Source: a virus (Duplodnaviria > Caudoviricetes). Taken from it: 64,000 nucleotides of DNA. The stretch is from IMG/VR virus record IMGVR_UViG_2914923772_000011, positions 1-64,000 of that record. One strand, written 5' to 3'. Below, in pieces: positions 18,614-26,792 of the stretch. The position numbers were made by a program, and so were the translations under genes. Numbering within the stretch: the first letter of the stretch is position 1; the number at the start of each line of letters is the position of its first letter. The notes beneath the pieces were generated by a model. That model worked only from the letters and a program-made list of their open reading frames with translations. It searched no databases and was not told where the DNA came from.

Positions 18614-18618
18614 GGATT

Positions 18619-18637
18619 GAGCCGCTAACAACGGCTC
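18619..18637 (+). terminator. Conserved-loop hairpin terminator
   Basis: GAGCCG-CTAACAA-CGGCTC, identical to 16787. Confidence 0.7.
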
Positions 18638-18646
18638 TTTTCTTTT

Positions 18647-18674
18647 CGCCAAAATTACAGCTCCTGTTATGGAA
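18647..18674 (+). promoter_or_regulatory. Phage motif copy 5
   Basis: CGC CAAAATTACA GCTCCTG TTATG GAA. Confidence 0.6.
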
Positions 18675-18705
18675 AACGATGCTATTTGAAAGGAGTAAAA
18701 GGAGC

Positions 18706-18921
18706 ATGGACGAAATGAAAATTGGTTCTAAATTCACTACGAGCATTATCTCGAAATTGGCGAGTTTGGCAATCCGAAAGAAATTTGGTTATGATGTAAA
18801 ACTGAATTTGAATGAGGTAAAAGCCACAGTCGTTGACGGAAAGACGCATGTTCATCTGGATATAGATGCCGATCTTGAGAAAGATGAACTTACTAAAATC
18901 CTGAAAAGTATTGGTTTGTAA
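18706..18921 (+). CDS. Hypothetical phage protein (71 aa)
   Basis: AAAGGAG RBS before ATG 18706. Confidence 0.7.
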   Translation: MDEMKIGSKFTTSIISKLASLAIRKKFGYDVKLNLNEVKATVVDGKTHVHLDIDADLEKDELTKILKSIGL

Positions 18922-18931
18922 AATCTGAAAG

Positions 18932-18950
18932 GAGCTGCTAACAACGGCTC
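18932..18950 (+). terminator. Conserved-loop hairpin terminator
   Basis: GAGCTG-CTAACAA-CGGCTC then TTTTCTTTT. Confidence 0.7.
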
Positions 18951-18963
18951 TTTTCTTTTGCCG

Positions 18964-18991
18964 CGCGAAATTTACAAGTCTTATTATGAGA
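18964..18991 (+). promoter_or_regulatory. Phage motif copy 6
   Basis: CGC GAAATTTACA AGTCTTA TTATG AGA. Confidence 0.6.
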
Positions 18992-19063
18992 GACGGGTTA
19001 GCTCAGTTGGTAGAGCGCCACACTTCCGTGGAGGTCGTCGGTTCGAATCCGATACAGTCTCTC
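18988..19063 (+). ncRNA. tRNA-like RNA with aberrant anticodon and acceptor arms
   Basis: Canonical D arm (TAGCTCAGTTGGTAGAGC) and T arm (GTCGG-TTCGAAT-CCGAT). Anticodon arm is only CCAC-ACTTCC-GTGG. Closing stem GAGAGAC/GTCTCTC; no CCA. Confidence 0.7.
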
Positions 19064-19097
19064 TTGCTTTTTATTTTCGCATGAAAGGAGAAAAGAC

Positions 19098-19418
19098 ATG
19101 AGCATCGATCAGCTTGATCTAATCTTGTATGACATGTACCGCATGGACGCTTGGCTGCCGCCTTTGTTTGGTAAATGGACGGAAGATTATAAAAAAGCGA
19201 GTTACTCACAATGGGCTGTCGACGAGCTCAGAGATTTTATCGCCGAACGGATTTACCCTCGAAAAGAAGGGTCTATTGATGAATTCTGTAAGCTCACGCA
19301 CGAATTCATGATGAAGACAGCTAAGTATGCGAGGGTGAATCCAAACACAAGTCTTATGTTCCGATCTGCCAGTGAAATGGCAGCGAACATTTTAGACCTT
19401 CTAAGGGCTATGGAATAA
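19098..19418 (+). CDS. Hypothetical phage protein
   Basis: 106 aa; GAAAGGAGAAAAGAC RBS. Confidence 0.75.
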   Translation: MSIDQLDLILYDMYRMDAWLPPLFGKWTEDYKKASYSQWAVDELRDFIAERIYPRKEGSIDEFCKLTHEFMMKTAKYARVNPNTSLMFRSASEMAANILDLLRAME

Positions 19419-19442
19419 CAAAAGCATGAAAGGAGAAAAGAC

Positions 19443-20267
19443 ATGAACAAAAACCAAGCAATTCAAAAGTTGCTGCATAAGTCAGGGCTTTGTATCAGGA
19501 AATACTCACCTGTTGCATTGTCTTGTGTAGCATCAGCCGGCGTGGTAGTCACGGCAATTGCAGCAGCCAAAGCGACCCCACGAGCAGTAGCGTTAGTTTA
19601 TGCAGACAGTCGCAAAAAGCATGATGGCGATCCATATGCGTACACCAAGAAAGAGGCGTTCATCGCTGCATGGAAATGTTATATTCCGGCAGTGGCATTT
19701 GGAGCTTCTACTATCGCTTGCATTATGGGTGCCAATGCCTTAAATCGACGCCAACAGGCAGCACTAACAAGTGCGTATGCTCTCGTCCAAAGTTCTTATA
19801 AGGAATATAAGGACAAGCTGAAAGAACTCTATGGAGAAGAAGCACATAATGCAATCATGGATTCCATCATCAAGGAAAAGTGCAAGGACATCAGCATCTC
19901 TGCTAATGGAGGTTGGTACGATTCTTCTCTTGACTTTGGCGAAGGCATGGAGCCTGAGGTTACTCGTACTTTCTACGATAGTTTTTCACAAAGATATTTT
20001 GTGTCAACAATCGAGAAAGTTATCCAGGCTGAGTACCATCTGAACCGCAATTTTATGTTCGCAGGGGTTATCCCACTTAATGACTTTTACGAGTTTCTTG
20101 GGCTTGAAAAGACGGAACTCGGAGATGCCGTAGGATGGTCAAGCTGTAATGGCGATATTTATTGGATCGACTTTAACCATCACCGACTCACTTTGGATGA
20201 CGGCATGGAGATATATGTTATTGACATGGTTTTTGAGCCTACAGCTGAGTGGATGGAAGATCTGTAA
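19443..20267 (+). CDS. DUF6353-like membrane-anchored protein, paralog 1
   Basis: KYSPVAL...TAIAAAKATP hydrophobic segment; C-terminal FYDSFSQRYF...LNDFYEFLGL...GW. Confidence 0.75.
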   Translation: MNKNQAIQKLLHKSGLCIRKYSPVALSCVASAGVVVTAIAAAKATPRAVALVYADSRKKHDGDPYAYTKKEAFIAAWKCYIPAVAFGASTIACIMGANALNRRQQAALTSAYALVQSSYKEYKDKLKELYGEEAHNAIMDSIIKEKCKDISISANGGWYDSSLDFGEGMEPEVTRTFYDSFSQRYFVSTIEKVIQAEYHLNRNFMFAGVIPLNDFYEFLGLEKTELGDAVGWSSCNGDIYWIDFNHHRLTLDDGMEIYVIDMVFEPTAEWMEDL

Positions 20268-20270
20268 GTT

Positions 20271-20298
20271 CGCAAAAAATACATTTCACTTTATGAAA
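20271..20298 (+). promoter_or_regulatory. Phage motif copy 7
   Basis: CGC AAAAAATACA TTTCACT TTATG AAA. Confidence 0.6.
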
Positions 20299-20319
20299 AC
20301 GAAAAGGAGGTTTCGCTTT

Positions 20320-20490
20320 ATGAATAATGCAAAATTGGTTAAAATCCTGGGTCTTGTCGCTACCGCAGTAGGTATGGGGGCTACGCTCCTCACTGACTGG
20401 GTGAACGAGAAGAAGATGGAAGAAAAAATTGATGAACGCATCAATGAGAAGCTTGCCGCACTTAGCGATGAAGAAGATGAGGAGTCCTAA
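20320..20490 (+). CDS. 56-aa membrane-anchored protein
   Basis: MNNAKLVKILGLVATAVGMGATLL...; AAGGAGG RBS. Confidence 0.7.
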   Translation: MNNAKLVKILGLVATAVGMGATLLTDWVNEKKMEEKIDERINEKLAALSDEEDEES

Positions 20491-20499
20491 CAAGGGCTC
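20482..20499 (+). terminator. Conserved-loop hairpin terminator (stop codon lies in loop)
   Basis: GAGTCC-TAACAA-GGGCTC then T-rich tract. Confidence 0.65.
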
Positions 20500-20510
20500 T
20501 TCTTCTTTAT

Positions 20511-20816
20511 TTGAACGATATGTGTGATGCAAGCACGGCTGTTTCGATCATCCAACGATATGTTGGTGAGCATCTGTTCAGCCCATCCTTCACATGGCCA
20601 AAGTATGAATTCAGAAAAAGGTCATATCAGCAATGGGCTGCATATGAAATCTGTGATCGAATCATGGACAAGCCTTTCGACGATCCAATCACCATCATCG
20701 AAAACTTCATGTTCGAGATGGCTATGTATGCTTGTTACGGCGAGGATGAGCAGCGTAGCTTTATATTTCAGAATGCGGTCGAAACAGCTGAAGAATTAAG
20801 TCTACTATTTGTTTAA
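20511..20816 (+). CDS. Hypothetical phage protein
   Basis: ~100-aa ORF filling the gap; weak RBS, start uncertain. Confidence 0.55.
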   Translation: MNDMCDASTAVSIIQRYVGEHLFSPSFTWPKYEFRKRSYQQWAAYEICDRIMDKPFDDPITIIENFMFEMAMYACYGEDEQRSFIFQNAVETAEELSLLFV

Positions 20817-20832
20817 CCGAAAGGAGAAAATC

Positions 20833-21594
20833 ATGCCTAAACAAAGTTTAGCAAGCATTGCCAAAGGTGTACGGACGGCAATGAAAAAACATAGTCCTGA
20901 AATTCTCACCGGTATCGGAATTGCCGGCATGATTACCACCACTGTTATGGCGGTAAAAGCAACCCCAAAAGCTCTGATTCTGCTTGAAGAGAAAAAAGAT
21001 GAGTTGGATACGGACAGACTTGAGCCGAAGGACATCATCAAGACAGCTTGGCCTTGTTATATTCCGGCGGCTGTCGTAGGCTCCATCTCTGTATTCTGCC
21101 TGATTGGGGCAAGCTCGACTAATCTTCGTCGAAATGCTGCGCTGGCAACGGCATATACCCTTTCGGAGTCGACTCTCAAAGAGTATCAGGAAAAAGTCGT
21201 TGAGACAATCGGTGAGAAAAAGGAACAGTCCATTCGAGACTCTGTGTCGAAAGACAAGATGGTTAAGAACCCTGTTCGAGAAATTATTCTCACCGAAAGC
21301 GGCGGGAACACAATCTGTTACGATGTCTTATCCGGACGATATTTCAAGTCTGACAGAGATAAGATTACCAGAGTCATGAATGAACTGAATCGGCAGATGC
21401 GTGACGAAATGTATGTCACACTAAACGATTTCTACTATGAACTCGGTTTAGACGGAACCAAGATGGGCGATATGCTCGGATGGAACATTGATAAGGGTTA
21501 CATTGACCTTGCTTTCTCGTCCCAGCTGGATGCAAATGGCACCCCTTGCCTGGTGATCGACTATCAGGTAGCACCAGTTTACGACTATCAGTAA
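20833..21594 (+). CDS. DUF6353-like protein, paralog 2
   Basis: KKHSPEILTGIGIAGMITTTVMAVKATPK; CYDVLSGRYFKS...LNDFYYELGL...GW. Confidence 0.8.
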   Translation: MPKQSLASIAKGVRTAMKKHSPEILTGIGIAGMITTTVMAVKATPKALILLEEKKDELDTDRLEPKDIIKTAWPCYIPAAVVGSISVFCLIGASSTNLRRNAALATAYTLSESTLKEYQEKVVETIGEKKEQSIRDSVSKDKMVKNPVREIILTESGGNTICYDVLSGRYFKSDRDKITRVMNELNRQMRDEMYVTLNDFYYELGLDGTKMGDMLGWNIDKGYIDLAFSSQLDANGTPCLVIDYQVAPVYDYQ

Positions 21595-21602
21595 ATTTGC
21601 CG

Positions 21603-21630
21603 CGCGAAATTTACAACTTATTTAATGGAA
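21603..21630 (+). promoter_or_regulatory. Phage motif copy 8
   Basis: CGC GAAATTTACA ACTTATT TAATG GAA. Confidence 0.55.
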
Positions 21631-21671
21631 GAACATTCCACAATTTCACACATTTGAAAGGAGATTTCACA

Positions 21672-21926
21672 ATGAACAACAATGAGATTATGAACAACGA
21701 GATCGTTGAAGCTACCGAAGAGGTTATCGAGAACGCTGGTTTGAGCAAGGGCGTAAAGATTGCTGCGGGTATCGGCTTGAGCGTAGTTGTAGGCGTGGTC
21801 GTCTACAAGTATGTAGCAAAGCCGGTGATCGCAAACATCAAAGCCCAGATCGAGCAGAAGAAGATGGCTGCTGAGGAGAAGACGGTTATCTTAGAAGAAT
21901 CTGATGTTGTCACTGAAGACAACTGA
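21672..21926 (+). CDS. 84-aa single-TM protein
   Basis: IAAGIGLSVVVGVVVY segment; GAAAGGAG RBS. Confidence 0.7.
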   Translation: MNNNEIMNNEIVEATEEVIENAGLSKGVKIAAGIGLSVVVGVVVYKYVAKPVIANIKAQIEQKKMAAEEKTVILEESDVVTEDN

Positions 21927-21952
21927 AAATGCGAATTTGAGAAGTTCGGATA

Positions 21953-21984
21953 AGGGAGAGTACCTGTAACAAGGTGCTTTCCCT
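21953..21984 (+). terminator. Conserved-loop hairpin terminator
   Basis: AGGGAGAGTACC-TGTAACAA-GGTGCTTTCCCT then TTTT. Confidence 0.65.
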
Positions 21985-22015
21985 TTTTCTTTATCTCTCG
22001 AAAGGAGAAAAAAAT

Positions 22016-22204
22016 ATGCAGCAGTATCAATATGACGGTCCTGTTATGCGATTCGATGATTGCGTTCAGCATCGTTGGAAAGCAACTACTGTTGCTCCGA
22101 CGGAAGCGAAAGCGAAGAGCAATCTCGCCTATCGATATAAAAAAGAAAACGGCTTGATGCCGAACACAAAAATTACTCTGCCCGGTAAGCTGATTCCGGC
22201 ATAA
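22016..22204 (+). CDS. Hypothetical phage protein (62 aa)
   Basis: GAAAGGAGAAAA RBS before ATG 22016. Confidence 0.7.
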   Translation: MQQYQYDGPVMRFDDCVQHRWKATTVAPTEAKAKSNLAYRYKKENGLMPNTKITLPGKLIPA

Positions 22205-22220
22205 GAAAGGAGATTACCCA

Positions 22221-22826
22221 GTGGAAGATTACAAGTCTAATTCTGATAAAGCTCGTCAGGAGCAGCAGTCAGAAAAGAAAGTTGAGGCGGTTATTACCGG
22301 GGCTGCAAAAACTCGAAAAAAAGGTGAGATGCAAAAATTTGCAGATGTATTTATTGCCGAGGATGCAAACAATGTCAAATCTTATATTTTGATGGAGGTC
22401 ATTGTGCCTGCTGTCAAGAAAGCGATTTCTGACATTGTCACTACCGGTATCGATATGATCCTGTACGGCGAGGCAGGTCGAAGCAAGAAAAACGGAACGG
22501 CGTCTAAGGTGTCTTACCGAAACTATTATGAACGGGACGCGGACAGAGTGCGTGCAGGTTCCGTTGGCAACAGACGCAATACACCTGATTATGATGATAT
22601 TCTCTTCGATACCCGTGGAGATGCGGAAGCGGTTCTCGATGCAATGAACGATATCATCAGTCAGTATGGAACGGTGAGCGTGTCCGATTTCTATGATCTC
22701 GCTCGTGTTCCCAATGATAATTTCACTATGAACCGCTACGGTTGGACAAACATTGGCGGTGCAACTGCGGTACGAGTTCGAGATGGTTATATTCTGAAAC
22801 TGCCTCGTGCTATCCCGCTGAATTGA
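22221..22826 (+). CDS. Hypothetical phage protein
   Basis: 201 aa, GTG start; C-terminus VSVSDFYDL...YGW resembles the DUF6353 paralog C-termini. Confidence 0.75.
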   Translation: MEDYKSNSDKARQEQQSEKKVEAVITGAAKTRKKGEMQKFADVFIAEDANNVKSYILMEVIVPAVKKAISDIVTTGIDMILYGEAGRSKKNGTASKVSYRNYYERDADRVRAGSVGNRRNTPDYDDILFDTRGDAEAVLDAMNDIISQYGTVSVSDFYDLARVPNDNFTMNRYGWTNIGGATAVRVRDGYILKLPRAIPLN

Positions 22827-22839
22827 AAGGAGAAAAATA

Positions 22840-23079
22840 ATGCTTGAATGCAAAATTTGTGGCACTAAATTCAATGCCATTATCGAGAGACATTATATTG
22901 CTCGTGATAACGGAAAGACTGGTTTGGCAGTTGCCTTTGGCTCTACTGCCGAAGAAGGTTTATATGACACATTTGATTGCCCGATGTGCGGCTGTCAGGT
23001 AATTGCTAAGGAGCGTAAGCGTAACTATATTCCGTTTATTTCTACAGATGAGGAGGATGCAGATGATGACCAGATCTGA
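22840..23079 (+). CDS. Zinc-ribbon protein
   Basis: CKIC...CPMC. Confidence 0.7.
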   Translation: MLECKICGTKFNAIIERHYIARDNGKTGLAVAFGSTAEEGLYDTFDCPMCGCQVIAKERKRNYIPFISTDEEDADDDQI

Positions 23080-23332
23080 GACTCTCGATAAAGCAAAGGC
23101 TTGCGTATGTGGGCAGAGAGAGAACGAATACGGCTCTCCGGAAGATAACTTCACTGCTATTGCAGGCTTCTGGAGCGTCTATAAAGGCGTTGAATTTACC
23201 GCAAATGATGTTGCCATGATGATGGCACTTCTTAAGATCGCACGAATCAGGACAGGAACGGCTACGGACGACAGCTATGTCGATTTGGCTGGATACGCTG
23301 CCTGTGGTGCTGAAATCAATTCCAACAAATAA
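23063..23332 (+). CDS. DUF6378-like protein (putative nucleotide hydrolase)
   Basis: QRENEYGSPEDNF..IA.FW...DVAMMM.LLKIAR...DSYVDLAGYAACG pattern. Confidence 0.7.
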   Translation: MMTRSETLDKAKACVCGQRENEYGSPEDNFTAIAGFWSVYKGVEFTANDVAMMMALLKIARIRTGTATDDSYVDLAGYAACGAEINSNK

Positions 23333-23353
23333 TGAAAAGGAGATTTTATAAAC

Positions 23354-24271
23354 ATGAAAAATAAGACTGAAATCATGAAGAGCGTGAGCGGTGTGGCTTC
23401 CAAGACCGTTATGAAGCTCAAGAAACACAGCCCCGAGATTCTCGTTGTGGCTGGTATTGCCGGTACGGTCGTAAGTGCCGTTCTCGCTTGCAAGGCCACC
23501 ACTAAGGTAGCAGAGATTCTCGATGAAACTAAGGGTACTCTCGACACCATTCATGAAGGTGTGGAAACCGGTGCAATCAACGGTCAGGAGTATACGACTG
23601 AGGACGGCAAGAAGGACACGGTTGTTGTCTATGCCCAGACCGGAATGAAGCTCGCAAAGCTTTATGCTCCTGCTATTATTCTCGGCACTCTGTCCATCAC
23701 CAGCATTCTGGCATCCAACAATATTCTTCGCAAGCGCAATGTAGCTCTTGGCGCTGCCTATGCCGCTATTGATAAGAGCTTCAAGGAATATCGCGGTCGT
23801 GTCATCGAGCGCTTCGGAGAGCAGGTCGATACCGAACTGAAGTATGGCATCAAGGCGAAGAAGTTCGAGGAAATCGAGGTTGATCCCGAGACCGGCAAGG
23901 AGAAGAAGGTTAAAAAGACTGTGATGGTCGCTGATCCTAATCTCCAGAGCGATTACGCTGTATATTTCGACAGCAAGAGCCGCAACTATGAGACTAACCC
24001 CGATTACAACCGCATGTTCCTCAAGGCACAGCAGGCATTTGCAAATGACAAGCTTCAGACCCGTGGTCACCTCTTCCTGAATGAGGTTCTGGACGATCTG
24101 GATCTTCCTCGTACCCCTGCTGGTCAGATTGTCGGTTGGACAAAGGATGGTCCGGATGGCTATGTTAATTTCCGCATCGTTGAGGTAGAGCGCGAGACCG
24201 AAGACGGTCGTCATGAGCCGGCACTTCTGCTCGACTTCAATGTTGAGGGCAACATCTGGGAAAAGATGTAA
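23354..24271 (+). CDS. DUF6353-like protein, paralog 3
   Basis: KKHSPEILVVAGIAGTVVSAVLACKATTK; LFLNEVLDDL...GW. Confidence 0.8.
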   Translation: MKNKTEIMKSVSGVASKTVMKLKKHSPEILVVAGIAGTVVSAVLACKATTKVAEILDETKGTLDTIHEGVETGAINGQEYTTEDGKKDTVVVYAQTGMKLAKLYAPAIILGTLSITSILASNNILRKRNVALGAAYAAIDKSFKEYRGRVIERFGEQVDTELKYGIKAKKFEEIEVDPETGKEKKVKKTVMVADPNLQSDYAVYFDSKSRNYETNPDYNRMFLKAQQAFANDKLQTRGHLFLNEVLDDLDLPRTPAGQIVGWTKDGPDGYVNFRIVEVERETEDGRHEPALLLDFNVEGNIWEKM

Positions 24272-24274
24272 TCA

Positions 24275-24303
24275 ATCACCTTCAGACTTGGACTGGGGGT
24301 GAT
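24275..24303 (+). terminator. Hairpin terminator
   Basis: ATCACCTTCAG-ACTTGGA-CTGGGGGTGAT then ATTTT. Confidence 0.45.
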
Positions 24304-24328
24304 ATTTTATTGTAAAGGAGTTTTAGCA

Positions 24329-24892
24329 ATGCACATCAAACCACGAGCGATAGCTACCGTTCTCTGCATGATATTTTTCATCGGTTTTGCGGTATGCGGC
24401 GTTGTTCGCTCTACAGATAAAGAAACATCGGAGATTAGGCAATCCTATCCGGTTCTTGCAGAGGCAGAGCCGATGATTATGGCTGATCTTCTGATGGAAT
24501 CTCCTAACTTAACGCCTGAGGTTGAGAAAGAGCCAGACTACCCTCTTACACAAGAGGAAATCGACCTCATAGCACTCGTAACCATGGGTGAAGCTGAAGG
24601 AGAAACAGAACTGGGAAAACGCTTAGTCATTGATACAATTCTTAACCGTATTGACCATACATCTTTCCCGGATACTGTGTACGATGTTGTTTATCAACCC
24701 AATCAGTTCAGCGTAATGTGGAACAGCAGGATTGACCGTTGTTATGTCATGCCTGAGATTGTTGAGTTGGTAAAGGAAGAACTTTTGGAACGGACAAATT
24801 ACGATTGTGTGTTCTTCATGGCCGGAGGATACAGTAAGTATGGTGAGCCTTTGTTTCAGGAGTGTTGTCACTACTTTTCGAGTTATGACTGA
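24329..24892 (+). CDS. SleB-like cell wall hydrolase (Hydrolase_2) with N-terminal membrane anchor
   Basis: LIALVTMGEAEGE...VIDTILNR...FPDTVYDVVYQPNQFS. Confidence 0.85.
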   Translation: MHIKPRAIATVLCMIFFIGFAVCGVVRSTDKETSEIRQSYPVLAEAEPMIMADLLMESPNLTPEVEKEPDYPLTQEEIDLIALVTMGEAEGETELGKRLVIDTILNRIDHTSFPDTVYDVVYQPNQFSVMWNSRIDRCYVMPEIVELVKEELLERTNYDCVFFMAGGYSKYGEPLFQECCHYFSSYD

Positions 24893-24906
24893 AAGGAGAA
24901 CATAAA

Positions 24907-24996
24907 ATGAAAGCTTTGTTTTCGTACATTCTTTCCACTATGGCAGGGCTTTGTCTCGTAGGAGGCATTGCTGTTCTCTCTGGTGGAAAGGAGTAA
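24907..24996 (+). CDS. 29-aa hydrophobic peptide (not in ORF track)
   Basis: MKALFSYILSTMAGLCLVGGIAVLSGGKE; GAAAGGAG RBS. Confidence 0.5.
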   Translation: MKALFSYILSTMAGLCLVGGIAVLSGGKE

Positions 24997-25167
24997 ATGA
25001 TGGATATTTTGGATGATTTCATCTCAACCGTCGACGCCATGCTGGACAGTCGGCGGAAAAGACACATTACTGGCGGGATTCTCCTGAGTGCAGCATTGCT
25101 GTTCGGAGGTCTCGCCATTACTGTTGTCACAATTCAAACTGACGAGGAGGAATACGAAGATGAGTAA
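24997..25167 (+). CDS. 56-aa single-TM protein (not in ORF track)
   Basis: MMDILDDFIS...GGILLSAALLFGGLAITVVTI...; starts right after previous stop. Confidence 0.6.
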   Translation: MMDILDDFISTVDAMLDSRRKRHITGGILLSAALLFGGLAITVVTIQTDEEEYEDE

Positions 25168-25768
25168 AACCGGTTTTGCCATGTTCTTAGCTGGGGCTAC
25201 AGTAGGCGCCGCAGCGACATGGCTTTGTCTTAGACGGTATTACGAGCAGATCACGCAGGAAGAGATTGATTCTGTGAAGGCAGCATTTGCCGAAAGAAAG
25301 CCCGTAATCGCTAATATTGCCAAGGACGAAAAGAGCAATGAAAAGCAGGAGGAGAATCAGCATAAGGCAGATATTGCCAAGCTGAAACCCGACCTGGTGA
25401 ACTATGCAGCTAAGCTCCAGGAAGAGGGTTATACCAATTACACGGAGCATAGCAAGAAAAATACTGAAGAAAAAAAGGATGAGCCTATGCCCAATGAACC
25501 TTATGTCATCTCTCCGGACGACTACGGTGAGAATGACAATTACACGCAGATCAGTCTGGTCTATTATGCTGGTGACGGAGTCCTTGCCGACGATGAAGAT
25601 GAAGTCGTCGAGGATATCGAGGACACTGTTGGCGAGGACTTTGCTGAACATTTCGGAGAGTATGAGGATGATTCGGTCTTTATTCGTAACGATCGCCTGA
25701 GATGTGACTATGAAATTCTCAGAGACAATCGTTCTTTCTCCGATGTGGCGGAAGGCTCCAACTACTAA
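25160..25768 (+). CDS. Acidic membrane-anchored phage protein
   Basis: MSKTGFAMFLAGATVGAAATWL then acidic domain; GAGGAGG RBS. Confidence 0.75.
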   Translation: MSKTGFAMFLAGATVGAAATWLCLRRYYEQITQEEIDSVKAAFAERKPVIANIAKDEKSNEKQEENQHKADIAKLKPDLVNYAAKLQEEGYTNYTEHSKKNTEEKKDEPMPNEPYVISPDDYGENDNYTQISLVYYAGDGVLADDEDEVVEDIEDTVGEDFAEHFGEYEDDSVFIRNDRLRCDYEILRDNRSFSDVAEGSNY

Positions 25769-25780
25769 TAGGAGGATCGA

Positions 25781-26329
25781 ATGACTGAAATTGAGCTGAA
25801 CAATGAATATTTTGAGTGGATGTGTCAGCTCGTATGTAACGAACGATATAGCCGGAGGCTGTCTTATCAGAAGCTTCTTCGTCATCTGCATAATATTGAT
25901 TTTCAATATATGCTGCCGATGGACGGAAATCGAGCAGAAGATGGGATAGACCTCCGGTATCGTTTTGGTTATGAAAAAGAATACGAGGGTCCTATGATTG
26001 CCAGTTATCTGGATAACCGCCCTTGCAGTGTATTGGAGATGCTTATTGCCTTAGCGTTTCGTTGTGAAGAACATATTATGACCGACCCAGATATCGGCAA
26101 TCGCATGGGACAGTGGTTCTGGAACATGATTGTCAGTCTGGGTTTAGGGTCGATGAGTGATTCTCGATTTGATGCGGCGTATACGGACGACGTAATATCT
26201 CGATTTATGAACCGCAAATACAAGCGAAATGGCGAAGGCGGTTTGTTTACCGTCGAACGCTGCAAGTATGACATGAGAACTGTCGAAATCTGGTGGCAGA
26301 TGAATTGGTATTTGGACAGCATCCTATAA
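25781..26329 (+). CDS. Hypothetical phage protein
   Basis: 182 aa; AGGAGG RBS. Confidence 0.75.
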   Translation: MTEIELNNEYFEWMCQLVCNERYSRRLSYQKLLRHLHNIDFQYMLPMDGNRAEDGIDLRYRFGYEKEYEGPMIASYLDNRPCSVLEMLIALAFRCEEHIMTDPDIGNRMGQWFWNMIVSLGLGSMSDSRFDAAYTDDVISRFMNRKYKRNGEGGLFTVERCKYDMRTVEIWWQMNWYLDSIL

Positions 26330-26341
26330 GGGAGAATTACC

Positions 26342-26557
26342 ATGATTCATACGCAAGTGTACGGGTTTTTTCAGACATGCTTACCCGACCAGGCAAAGGA
26401 GGTAAAAGAATACTTCCCAAATGGTAAAAACAGCATTCGAATTCGCAAAACCAACGGACAGAAATTTATATTTTCGTTGAGAGAGCCGAAGGCTTGGAAG
26501 TTTGAAACGATCGAACAATTTCTTGCCGACATGAAAGGAGAAAAGAAACATGGATGA
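26342..26557 (+). CDS. Hypothetical phage protein
   Basis: 71 aa; AGGGAG RBS. Confidence 0.65.
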   Translation: MIHTQVYGFFQTCLPDQAKEVKEYFPNGKNSIRIRKTNGQKFIFSLREPKAWKFETIEQFLADMKGEKKHG

Positions 26558-26783
26558 AATGATTCGTTATATTTTCGGAAGTCTTCGCTGCTCCGAAACT
26601 GCGATGCGTGTGTTTGCTAAGACGCTCAGAAAACAGAGGTCTTTCAATCGCAGCACCATCATGGTCGCCACGGTTATGACTGTGCACATGCTTATCCAGG
26701 ACTTGGAGATTCGCAGTATGCGTGACGAGATCGGGAACCTTAAAAACGAAATCAAGGAGCTTAGAAAAACGGAAGGAGACTAA
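26550..26783 (+). CDS. Small protein with hydrophobic segment and C-terminal coiled coil
   Basis: 77 aa; GAAAGGAGAAAAGAAAC RBS. Confidence 0.7.
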   Translation: MDEMIRYIFGSLRCSETAMRVFAKTLRKQRSFNRSTIMVATVMTVHMLIQDLEIRSMRDEIGNLKNEIKELRKTEGD

Positions 26784-26792
26784 AGAACTTCG

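Noticed and set aside
18988-19063. Functional tRNA-Gly or tRNA-Glu
   Set aside because: Anticodon arm is 4 bp with a 6-nt loop, acceptor stem is bulged and there is no CCA; kept only as a tRNA-like RNA.
16787-21984. Integron attC interpretation of the CTAACAA hairpins
   Set aside because: GCTAAC resembles the inverse core, but no matching GTTRRRY core closes the sites, the stems are short and followed by T-tracts, and the integrase shows no integron-type features.
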